Source of the DNA: Armatimonadota bacterium
GTDB taxonomy: Bacteria; Sysuimicrobiota; Sysuimicrobiia; Sysuimicrobiales; Humicultoraceae
Assembly (NCBI GenBank): GCA_016198805.1
Contig: JACQHU010000045.1
Location: forward strand, 1-40,379
Reading direction: 5' to 3'
Length of the DNA stretch: 40,379 nucleotides
Within the stretch, counting starts at the first letter, position 1. Each line of letters starts with the position of its first letter. The notes under the pieces were generated by a model that had not been told where the DNA came from, did no database searches, and worked only from the letters and a program-made list of their open reading frames with translations. This document shows, piece after piece, positions 27,488 through 34,971 of the stretch. The position numbers and the translations under genes are program-made.

Positions 27488-28974
27488 GCGATCAGGCCAC
27501 GGGGCATCGGCCCGTGAATGGTCAGAGCGGCGCTCCCGTTCACCGTGTCGTCATCATCGGCGGAGGCATCACCGGACTCGCCGCTGCGCACGCGCTGATC
27601 ACCCACCCGCGTGCGCGTCAGGCGCGCATCGAGTGCGCCTTGGTCGAACGCGAGTCCCATCTGGGCGGCAAACTCCAGACCGAGCGCGTCAATGGCTGCC
27701 TGGTCGAGACCGGTCCCGACTCGTTCCTGGCCGCCAAACCCTGGGCGAGCGAGCTCTGCCGGACGCTGGGCCTGGGTGACCGGCTCATCGGCACGCTCCC
27801 CGGCCGCGCGGTGCATGTGGCCTTCCGCGACCGCCTGCATCCGCTGCCGCCGGGCCTGGCGCTGGGGATCCCTAGCCGGCTGCTCCCCATGGTCCGCACC
27901 GGGCTGCTCTCCCCCGCGGAAAAACTGCGCCTCGCCTGGGACCTGGTGCTGCCGCGCGACCGGGCCGACGGCGACCGGACCGTGGGGGGCTTCCTCGGAC
28001 GCCGGCTGGGGCGTGCCGCCGTGGATCGCCTGGCCGGGCCGCTCCTGGCGGGCATCTATGCCGGCGATGCGGACGCGCTCAGCCTGCGCGCGACCTTCCC
28101 TCAATTGCTCGAGTGGGAAGCCTCCTCTCGCAGCCTGATCCTGGCGGCGCTGGCGGCACGACGACGCGCGGGGGCATCTCGCGACGGCGCGGCCCCTCTG
28201 TTCCTGAGTCTGATCGGCGGACTCGGAGAACTCGTCGACGCGCTGAGGGCCGCGCTGGTCGGGGTGAGGACCATCATCGGGCAGAGCGTGATGCGCCTCG
28301 GGCGATCTTCGGGATCCGGGACCGCGCCCTACTCGGTCCACCTCGCGGATGGTCGGGCCCTCGAGGCGGACGCCCTTCTGGTGGCGACTCCTGCATTCGT
28401 GACCGCCGATCTGCTGGCGCCGCTGGCGCCGGACGCCGCGGATGCTCTGCGAGCCACCCCCTATGCCTCAACCGCCGCCGTCACCCTGGGCTACCGGCGG
28501 GGAGATGTTTCGCATCCGCTCGAGGGCCACGGGTTCGTGGTCGCGCGCGGCGAACCGCTGCAGATTTCGGCCTGCACGTGGGTCTCGTCCAAGTGGCCGC
28601 ACCGGGCGCCGCCGGAGGTGGCCCTGCTGCGGTGCTACCTGGGCAGCGCAGGTCGGGATGCTATCGTCGGCGAGGACGACGACACACTGGTGCGCGTGGC
28701 ATGTCAGGACCTGGCGCGGACGATGGGCATCGACGCGATCCCGATATTCACACACGTGGCCCGGTGGCCCCGCGCCATGCCGCAGTACCTGCCCGGGCAT
28801 CTCGAACGGCTCGCGGCCATCGAGGCGGCGCTGCGCCACCTGCCCGGAGTCGCCGTGGCCGGCGCGGGCTACCGGGGTATCGGCATCCCCGACTGTATCC
28901 GGCAGGGGCAGGGAGCCGCAGGACGGCTCGCCGACTGGCTGGGCGCCGGGGAGGCCTCGCGCGCCGCGAGTTAG
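27484..28974 (+). CDS. hemY: FAD-dependent coproporphyrinogen/protoporphyrinogen oxidase (HemY/CgoX type)
   Basis: It has the dinucleotide-binding motif VVIIGGGITGLAAAH...ERESHLGGK and is HemY-like over its full length. There is an ATGA overlap with the hemE stop. Confidence 0.85.
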   Translation: MSDQATGHRPVNGQSGAPVHRVVIIGGGITGLAAAHALITHPRARQARIECALVERESHLGGKLQTERVNGCLVETGPDSFLAAKPWASELCRTLGLGDRLIGTLPGRAVHVAFRDRLHPLPPGLALGIPSRLLPMVRTGLLSPAEKLRLAWDLVLPRDRADGDRTVGGFLGRRLGRAAVDRLAGPLLAGIYAGDADALSLRATFPQLLEWEASSRSLILAALAARRRAGASRDGAAPLFLSLIGGLGELVDALRAALVGVRTIIGQSVMRLGRSSGSGTAPYSVHLADGRALEADALLVATPAFVTADLLAPLAPDAADALRATPYASTAAVTLGYRRGDVSHPLEGHGFVVARGEPLQISACTWVSSKWPHRAPPEVALLRCYLGSAGRDAIVGEDDDTLVRVACQDLARTMGIDAIPIFTHVARWPRAMPQYLPGHLERLAAIEAALRHLPGVAVAGAGYRGIGIPDCIRQGQGAAGRLADWLGAGEASRAAS

Positions 28975-29357
28975 CCGTCCGCGCCAAACGCGTCCTGGAT
29001 ATGTTCGATCTCCCTGACGCGGCCGTCGGGCTCCAGGTACACGGCGACGGCGTCGAACCGCACCTCGCAGTGTTGCAACCCCAGCCGCTGCACGCACGCC
29101 GCGGCCAGCCGCGCCAGGCGGTGGCGCTTCCAGGGCACGATGGCCTCAGCCGGATGCCCGAACCGATCGCTCGTCCGGCTCTTCACCTCCACGAACACCA
29201 CGAGCAGCCCGCGCCGCGCGATCAGGTCGATCTCGCCCTGGCGCGTGCGCAGGTTGCGCGCGATCACCTGGTAGCCCCGGGCCTCCAGCCAGGCTGCCGC
29301 TGCCTCTTCGCCGGCTGCTCCCAGATCTCGACGGGTCGTGGCGCTCATCTGCCTCAT
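28971..29357 (-). CDS. yraN: YraN-family (UPF0102) endonuclease-like protein
   Basis: GAAGEEAAAAWLEARGYQVIARNLRTRQGEIDLIARRG..LVFVEVKSR is the YraN signature. The start is 29357 or 29348. Confidence 0.85.
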   Translation of the reverse strand: MRQMSATTRRDLGAAGEEAAAAWLEARGYQVIARNLRTRQGEIDLIARRGLLVVFVEVKSRTSDRFGHPAEAIVPWKRHRLARLAAACVQRLGLQHCEVRFDAVAVYLEPDGRVREIEHIQDAFGADG

Positions 29358-29385
29358 TCATCGGCGAGCAACTGCGGTTGTGACG

Positions 29386-29405
29386 GGGGCCGAGCCTTCG
29401 GCCCC
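29386..29405 (-). other. GC-rich hairpin in the rnhB-yraN spacer
   Basis: GGGGCCGA-gcct-TCGGCCCC forms a perfect 8-bp stem with a 4-nt loop. There is no U-tract on the transcribed (minus) strand. Confidence 0.4.
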
Positions 29406-29447
29406 TTGGGGAACCGGCCTCGCGCGCTTGGTTGAGCACGAGTGCTG

Positions 29448-30236
29448 CTAGGGGAACAGTAGCGGGACCTGCTGGAGATCCGCCGGCAGGAAGACGCGCC
29501 GATGCACCGGCGAGGGACCCCACCGCCGCAGCGCCGCCAGGTGCTCGGCCGTCGCGTAGCCCTTGTGCCGGGCAAACCCGTACTGGGGAAGCCGCCGGTC
29601 GAGCGCCACCATCAGACGGTCACGTGTGACCTTCGCGACGACCGACGCCGCCGCGATCGAGGCGCATCGCGCATCGCCGCCCACGATGGTGCGCTGCGGG
29701 ATCGTCACCGGCGCGCGCCGGTTGCCGTCGACCAGCACCAGGGCCGGCGAGTGGCCCAGCGACGCCAGCGCCCGGCTCCAGGCCAGGCCCGTGGCGCCCA
29801 GGATGTTGAACCGGTTGATCTCCTCCACGTCGGCGATACCGATCCCGACCATCGCGCCCGACGCCATGAGAGCCTCGTAGAGGACCTCCCGGTCGCCGGG
29901 GCGCACCTGCTTGGAGTCCCGCAGATGAGGAATGTGCTGTTCGGCGGGGAAGATCACCGCGGCGGCGACGACGGGGCCGGCCAGCGGTCCCCGGCCGGCC
30001 TCATCAACGCCGGCCACCGGCGCGAGGCCTTCCGCCCAGGCCTCGCGCTCCAGGGCGAAGAGGCGTTCCAGCCGCCGGCGCTCTTCCTCCAGGCGCGCCC
30101 GCCGACGTGCCCAGCGCGCGGCGAGTTGCCGCGCGCCGATTCGCGGATCATCTGAGAGCGCCGAGGGATCGAACCGCCCGGTCCGGAGCGCCTCCGCCAG
30201 GGCCGCGAGCGTGGGACGGCCGGCAGATCGGCTCAC
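29448..30236 (-). CDS. rnhB: Ribonuclease HII
   Basis: VAGVDEAGRGPLAGPVVAAAV...DSKQ...ASIAAASVVAKVTRD identifies RNase HII. The start is GTG 30236. Confidence 0.95.
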   Translation of the reverse strand: MSRSAGRPTLAALAEALRTGRFDPSALSDDPRIGARQLAARWARRRARLEEERRRLERLFALEREAWAEGLAPVAGVDEAGRGPLAGPVVAAAVIFPAEQHIPHLRDSKQVRPGDREVLYEALMASGAMVGIGIADVEEINRFNILGATGLAWSRALASLGHSPALVLVDGNRRAPVTIPQRTIVGGDARCASIAAASVVAKVTRDRLMVALDRRLPQYGFARHKGYATAEHLAALRRWGPSPVHRRVFLPADLQQVPLLFP

Positions 30237-30267
30237 CGCGCCCCCCCGGGCCGACCGGCCGGGGGGC

Positions 30268-30921
30268 TCATCGCACCAGCGCCACGCGTTCGGGCGGCCA
30301 GTAGACCAGTAGCGCGCGCCCGATCACGTTCTTGGTCGGCACGAACCCGAAGAACCGGCTGTCTTCGCTGTTGCAGCGGTTGTCGCCCAGGACGAACGCG
30401 TGGTTCGGGGGCACAACCTCCGGGCCGTAGTTACTCGAACAGGCCCGGTCCCCGCCCGGCAGCGCGGTCGGGTAGATCTCAGAGAGCGGCCGCCCATTGA
30501 CCAGCACCAGCCCTTCCTTCATCTCGATCCGCTCACCCGGAAGCCCCACCACGCGCTTCACGAAATCCTTGTTGGGATTCAGCGGGTAGCGGAAGACGAT
30601 GACGTCGCCGCGGCGGATCTCCCAGAACCGGTACGCAAACTTGCCGACCAGGATCCGGTCTCCGACCCGCAGGGTCGGCTCCATCGATCCCGACGGGATG
30701 AAGAACGCCTGGACGACGAACACGATGATGACCAGGGAGAGCAGGGCCGCGAAGATGGTGGCGTCCAGCGTCTCTACGATCGAGAGCCGGACCGCAGGCG
30801 GGAGACGGTAACTCCGCCGGACGATGACGCGCAGGACAAACAGGATGAGCGCCAGCAACAGGATGAGCGTGGGAATGCCGAACGGCAGCCGCTCGATCAG
30901 AGCCAACAGATCGCGAACCAT
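30268..30921 (-). CDS. lepB: Signal peptidase I (S26)
   Basis: It has an N-terminal TM segment, the catalytic Ser box IPSGSMEPTL, the Lys box FVKRVVGLPGE and GDNRCNSEDSR. Confidence 0.9.
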   Translation of the reverse strand: MVRDLLALIERLPFGIPTLILLLALILFVLRVIVRRSYRLPPAVRLSIVETLDATIFAALLSLVIIVFVVQAFFIPSGSMEPTLRVGDRILVGKFAYRFWEIRRGDVIVFRYPLNPNKDFVKRVVGLPGERIEMKEGLVLVNGRPLSEIYPTALPGGDRACSSNYGPEVVPPNHAFVLGDNRCNSEDSRFFGFVPTKNVIGRALLVYWPPERVALVR

Positions 30922-30939
30922 CGGTGCGGTCGCCGCCGG

Positions 30940-31284
30940 CTAGCGCTGCTCCTTGATCCGCGTCTCCTTGCCGACCTTGCCGCGGAGATAGTGGAGCTTG
31001 GCCCGGCGGACCCGGCCGCGGCGGACGACCTCGACCTTCTCGACCCGCGGCGAGTGCACGGGGAAGATGCGCTCGACGCCGACGCCGTGGCTGATGCGGC
31101 GGACCGTAAAGGTCGCGCCGGTGGCGGACCCGCGGTGGCCAATGACCGTGCCCTCAAAGACCTGCAGCCGCTCGCGGCCGCCTTCGGTGACCTTGACGTG
31201 CACCCGGACTGTGTCCCCGGGGGCAAAGTCCGGGAGCTTCTTCTTGAGCATCGGCATTTCAACGAGTCTGAGCTTGTCCATCAC
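30940..31284 (-). CDS. rplS: 50S ribosomal protein L19
   Basis: [29 protein letters not shown]...[21 protein letters not shown] identifies L19. Confidence 0.95.
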   Translation of the reverse strand: MMDKLRLVEMPMLKKKLPDFAPGDTVRVHVKVTEGGRERLQVFEGTVIGHRGSATGATFTVRRISHGVGVERIFPVHSPRVEKVEVVRRGRVRRAKLHYLRGKVGKETRIKEQR

Positions 31285-31338
31285 CGCTCGCCTCCCCGCC
31301 GACCGACGGCCGCCGAGGCGCCGCAGTCACGGCCTTGA

Positions 31339-31368
31339 ATTGTAGCACAGCCCGTCGGCGCGGGCCAA
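31339..31368 (-). promoter_or_regulatory. Candidate internal promoter for rplS-lepB-rnhB
   Basis: The minus strand reads TTGGCC (31368..31363), an 18-nt spacer, then TGcTACAAT (31347..31339), in the 125-nt trmD-rplS spacer. Confidence 0.4.
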
Positions 31369-31408
31369 GCGCACCGCGCGGGCGCATCTCCCACAGGTCC
31401 GAAACCCA

Positions 31409-32140
31409 TCATCCCTCCGGCGCCTCCTCGCGCAGCCACGCGCGGTCTTCGTCACTGAGCGCATCCCAGACGATCAGGTCCGGCCGGCGCGCCAGCGTCC
31501 GGCGCAACTGCTCGCGGCGCCGCCACCGGCGGATCTGCTCGTGATGCCCGCCCAGCAGCACCTCGGGGACCCGCAGACCCCGATACTCGACCGGCCGCGT
31601 GTAGTGCGGATAGTCGAGCAACCCGCTGGTGAACGACTCCGCCTCGACCGACCGTTCGTCCCCGACCACGCCCGGGATCAGCCGGACCGTCGCGTCCACG
31701 ATCACCATGGCCGCCAGCTCGCCGCCGGTCAGGATGTAGTCGCCGATGGAGATCTCTTCGGCGCCCAGCCCGATGGCGACCCGCTCGTCGACGCCCTCAT
31801 ACCGCCCGCAAAGAACGATCAGGTGCGCCGCCCGGGCCAGGCGCTCAGCCGTCGGCTGGTCGAACCGCCGGCCCTGCGGTGAGGTGAGGAGCACCCGCGC
31901 CGCCGGGCCGCCGGGGCGGGTCAGGGCATCGACGGCTTCGAAGAACGGCTCCGGCTTCATCACCATCCCCGGTCCACCGCCGTAGGGCACGTCGTCCACC
32001 TGCCGGTGCCGGTCGTGCGTGTAGTCGCGCAGGTCGTGCACGGCGATGTCGGCGAGGCCGCGCTCCTTCGCCCGCCCCACAACGGACACATCGAGCGCAG
32101 TGAACGCCTCCGGAAAAATCGACACGATATCGATCCGCAC
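31409..32140 (-). CDS. trmD: tRNA (guanine37-N1)-methyltransferase
   Basis: MRIDIVSIFPEAF...DDVPYGGGPGMVMK...LLCGRYEGVDERV identifies TrmD. Confidence 0.95.
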   Translation of the reverse strand: MRIDIVSIFPEAFTALDVSVVGRAKERGLADIAVHDLRDYTHDRHRQVDDVPYGGGPGMVMKPEPFFEAVDALTRPGGPAARVLLTSPQGRRFDQPTAERLARAAHLIVLCGRYEGVDERVAIGLGAEEISIGDYILTGGELAAMVIVDATVRLIPGVVGDERSVEAESFTSGLLDYPHYTRPVEYRGLRVPEVLLGGHHEQIRRWRRREQLRRTLARRPDLIVWDALSDEDRAWLREEAPEG

Positions 32141-32143
32141 GGC

Positions 32144-32692
32144 TTACCCTTCCAGCCCGGCCGGCAGCGTCACCGTCATCTCGCCGGCCTGAAGATCGAT
32201 GCGCCGGATCACCTGGCGTATCGCCGGCAGCAGGACCTCATGGGAGCCGTCGCGCACGACGTACACATCATGGGCCGGACCGCGCATGACCGCGGCCACC
32301 GTCCCCAGCGCGCGGCCGTCTTGGGTGCGGACTCGCAGCCCAACCAGGTCGAAGAGGTAATACTGATCGGGCGGAAGCGGCATCACCTCGTCGCGGGAGA
32401 TGGCCAGGCTGGCCCCGCGCAGCGCCTCCGCGCCGGTCCGGTCGGTGACGCCGCCGAGCCGCATCAGCACGGCGTCACCGTGCGGCCGGGCGGAGGCGAT
32501 CTCCACCCGGGTGACCTGTTCCCCCTGCACCAGGCACGCCGTCCGCATCTGCGCAAACCGCTCCGGAAAATCGGTCTCAGGCCGCACGCGCACTTCGCCG
32601 CGCACGCCGTGCGGGGCGACGATCACCCCGACCGTCACCAGGTCCGCCGGGGCCGCGAGGCTACCCCTCGCGGATCTCGATGATGATCCCAT
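32144..32692 (-). CDS. rimM: 16S rRNA processing protein RimM
   Basis: LVTVGVIVAPHGVRGEVRVRPETDFPERF...YYLFDLVGL identifies RimM. The start is uncertain: ATG 32692 overlaps ylqD, and GTG 32638 is an alternative. Confidence 0.9.
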   Translation of the reverse strand: MGSSSRSARGSLAAPADLVTVGVIVAPHGVRGEVRVRPETDFPERFAQMRTACLVQGEQVTRVEIASARPHGDAVLMRLGGVTDRTGAEALRGASLAISRDEVMPLPPDQYYLFDLVGLRVRTQDGRALGTVAAVMRGPAHDVYVVRDGSHEVLLPAIRQVIRRIDLQAGEMTVTLPAGLEG

Positions 32693-33080
32693 CCTTGATG
32701 ACGACCTCAGCGCGGGTCAGGCGGGTGAAGAAGTTGTCGCCGACGTTGAGCTCAACGGTGCTCTCGATGGTCCCCTGGGAAAATTCCTGGTTGAGCTCCA
32801 GTCCCTCGGCTTCCTTCATCCTCGCCACCAGCTCCATCCGCGCCGCCTCCTGGCGGGAGCGTTCGATCTCGAGTTGCTGGCGGACCGCCCGCGACTGCGG
32901 GGTGATCTGCCGCTCCAGCTCGGTGCGGCGGATCTGCGTGTCGATCTGATTGACGACCGCGTCGAGCCGCCGGATCGTGTCCTCGAGTTCACTCAGGTAC
33001 TGCCTCTTGAACGTCTCCGTCACGATCGCTTTGACCATGACCGGTCGCATGACCATGATGCCCATACGGCCCTCCATCAC
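32661..33080 (-). CDS. ylqD: YlqD-family protein
   Basis: The gene sits between the KH protein gene and rimM, as in Bacillus. The layout V.VKAIVTE...coiled-coil...VELNVGDNFF...VVIKDGIIIEI is YlqD-like. The start is ambiguous (33080, 33077 or about 33062). Confidence 0.7.
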   Translation of the reverse strand: MMEGRMGIMVMRPVMVKAIVTETFKRQYLSELEDTIRRLDAVVNQIDTQIRRTELERQITPQSRAVRQQLEIERSRQEAARMELVARMKEAEGLELNQEFSQGTIESTVELNVGDNFFTRLTRAEVVIKDGIIIEIREG

Positions 33081-33322
33081 TGAACGATCTCGACCACGAC
33101 CCGCCGGCCCGCCCTGATCGCCGCGGCCCGCGCGACGGCGCGGATGGCGCCGATGATCCGGCCGCGGCGGCCGATCACCTTCCCGACCTCTCCCGGGGGC
33201 ACCTTGAGTTCCAGGACGAGCACCTGGTCACGCTCGCTGGCCCGGACGCTCACGGCATCCGGATCCTCCACGAGGCCCCGCGCCAGGAACTCCACCAGCG
33301 CCCGCAGATCGGCCTGCGACAT
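33077..33322 (-). CDS. khpA: KH-domain RNA-binding protein (YlqC/KhpA, UPF0109)
   Basis: MSQADLRALVEFLARGLVEDPDAVSV...VPPGEVGKVIGRRGRIIGAIR carries the GxxG KH motif. The start is trimmed to ATG 33322, because the ORF-track start overlaps rpsP. Confidence 0.85.
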   Translation of the reverse strand: MSQADLRALVEFLARGLVEDPDAVSVRASERDQVLVLELKVPPGEVGKVIGRRGRIIGAIRAVARAAAIRAGRRVVVEIVQ

Positions 33323-33339
33323 GTTCGCGGGCTCCTGCG

Positions 33340-33615
33340 TCAGGCCTTCGTGGCGCGGCCGGCTTCCCACCGCTGCAGGATGCCGGTCTTCTCCAGGAGC
33401 ACCCGCGCCGCATCCGACGGCCGCGCCCCGCGGTCCAGCCATAATCGGGCCCTGGCCTCATCGATCCGGATCACGGAGGGTTCGGTCCTCGGATTGTAGT
33501 ACCCGAGCGCCTCGAGATACTTGCCGCCCCGCGGCAGCCGGGCATCAGCCACCACCACCCGGTAGGACGGCTGGTGCTTGGCCCCGGTACGCATCAAACG
33601 AATCTTGACCGCCAT
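33340..33615 (-). CDS. rpsP: 30S ribosomal protein S16
   Basis: MAVKIRLMRTGAKHQPSYRVVVADARLPRGGKYLEALGYYNP identifies S16. The SD GGGAGGG lies upstream. Confidence 0.95.
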   Translation of the reverse strand: MAVKIRLMRTGAKHQPSYRVVVADARLPRGGKYLEALGYYNPRTEPSVIRIDEARARLWLDRGARPSDAARVLLEKTGILQRWEAGRATKA

Positions 33616-33642
33616 CGATGACCCTCCCTCAGGATGCCTCGC

Positions 33643-34971
33643 CTAGCGAGGCGGAAACGGAAGCGGCCCCCGGCCACGCGCATGCTCATCCACGTGCCGC
33701 AGCAGCCGCCGCGCCTCCTCGAACTGCTTCAGCAGGCGATTCACCTCCTGCACGGTCACCCCGCTGCCCCGCGCGATGCGGCGCCGCCGGCTCCCGTCGA
33801 TGATCGACGGGGTGGCCCGCTCCTGGGGCGTCATCGACTGGATCATGGCTTCGATGCGGCGCAGTTGCTTCTCATCGACGGTCAGCCCCGCCTGCCTCGC
33901 TTTGGCAAATCCGGGGATCATGTCCAACAGTTGATCCAGCGGCCCCATCTGCCGCACCTGACGCAGCTGCTCCAGGAAGTCGGACAGGGTAAACTGCGCT
34001 CGGCGCAGCTTCCGCTCCGTCTCGGCGGCTGAGGCCGCCGAGGTCGCCTCCTGCGCACGCTCGATGAGCGTCAGGACATCGCCCATCCCCAGGATGCGGC
34101 TGGCCATCCGGTCGGGGTGAAACGCTTCCAGCGCATCCAGACGCTCCCCGACCCCGACGAACAAGATGGGCCGGCCGATCGCGGACACCACCGACAGCGC
34201 CGCGCCCCCCCGGGCGTCGCCGTCGAGCTTGGTGAGGATCAGCCCGTCGATCGGCAGCCGGGCCGCGAACTGCTCGGCGGAGGTGACCGCGTCCTGCCCG
34301 GCCATCGCGTCCAGGACCAGGAGCGTCTCCTGCGGAGCCAGCGCGGCATGCATCGCGCTCAACTCGGCCATCAGCGGCTCATCGACGTGCTGCCGGCCGG
34401 CCGAGTCGACGACGACGACGTCGTGGCCCTCCGATTCCGCGCGCGCCAGCGCCGCCCGGGCGACGGCGACGGGGTCTGTGGCACCTGGGGCCGAGAACAC
34501 CGGCACACCGACCTGCGCGCCGACGACTTCCAGTTGCGTGACCGCCGCGGGCCGCTGCAGATCGGTCGCCACCAACAGCGGCGCGCGGCCCCTCCGGCGC
34601 AGATGACCGGCCAGCTTCGCGGCCGTCGTGGTCTTCCCCACGCCGTTGAGGCCGACCAGCAGGATGATGCTAGGGCGATGCGGCGCCACCCGCAGCTCCC
34701 GGGCCTCCCCGCCCAGCAGCCGGACCAGTTCCTCGTGGACGGTCTTGACGACCTGATGACCCGGGCTGAGGTGCTTCCACACCTGCTGCCCGACGGCGGC
34801 GGATCGGACGCGGGCGACGAAATCCCGGGCGACTTTGAAGTTGACATCGGCTTCCAGGAGCGCCAGTCGCACCTCGCGCAGCGTGGCATCCACGTCGTCT
34901 GCGCTCAGGGCCCCGCGCCCCGTCACCTTGCGGACGATCTCGCCCAGCCGCTGCTGCAGGCCTTCAAACAC
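33643..34971 (-). CDS. ffh: Signal recognition particle protein Ffh
   Basis: MFEGLQQRLGEIVRKVTG..., GLNGVGKTTTAAKLA, DTAGR and a Met-rich M-domain identify Ffh. Confidence 0.95.
   Translation of the reverse strand: MFEGLQQRLGEIVRKVTGRGALSADDVDATLREVRLALLEADVNFKVARDFVARVRSAAVGQQVWKHLSPGHQVVKTVHEELVRLLGGEARELRVAPHRPSIILLVGLNGVGKTTTAAKLAGHLRRRGRAPLLVATDLQRPAAVTQLEVVGAQVGVPVFSAPGATDPVAVARAALARAESEGHDVVVVDSAGRQHVDEPLMAELSAMHAALAPQETLLVLDAMAGQDAVTSAEQFAARLPIDGLILTKLDGDARGGAALSVVSAIGRPILFVGVGERLDALEAFHPDRMASRILGMGDVLTLIERAQEATSAASAAETERKLRRAQFTLSDFLEQLRQVRQMGPLDQLLDMIPGFAKARQAGLTVDEKQLRRIEAMIQSMTPQERATPSIIDGSRRRRIARGSGVTVQEVNRLLKQFEEARRLLRHVDEHARGRGPLPFPPR

Noticed and set aside
19531-28974. The haem block considered as a recently acquired horizontal-transfer island.
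   Set aside because: GC content and codon style look the same as the flanks, and there are no integrase, tRNA or repeat boundaries. I report rearrangement or insertion only as a synteny inference, not as recent HGT.
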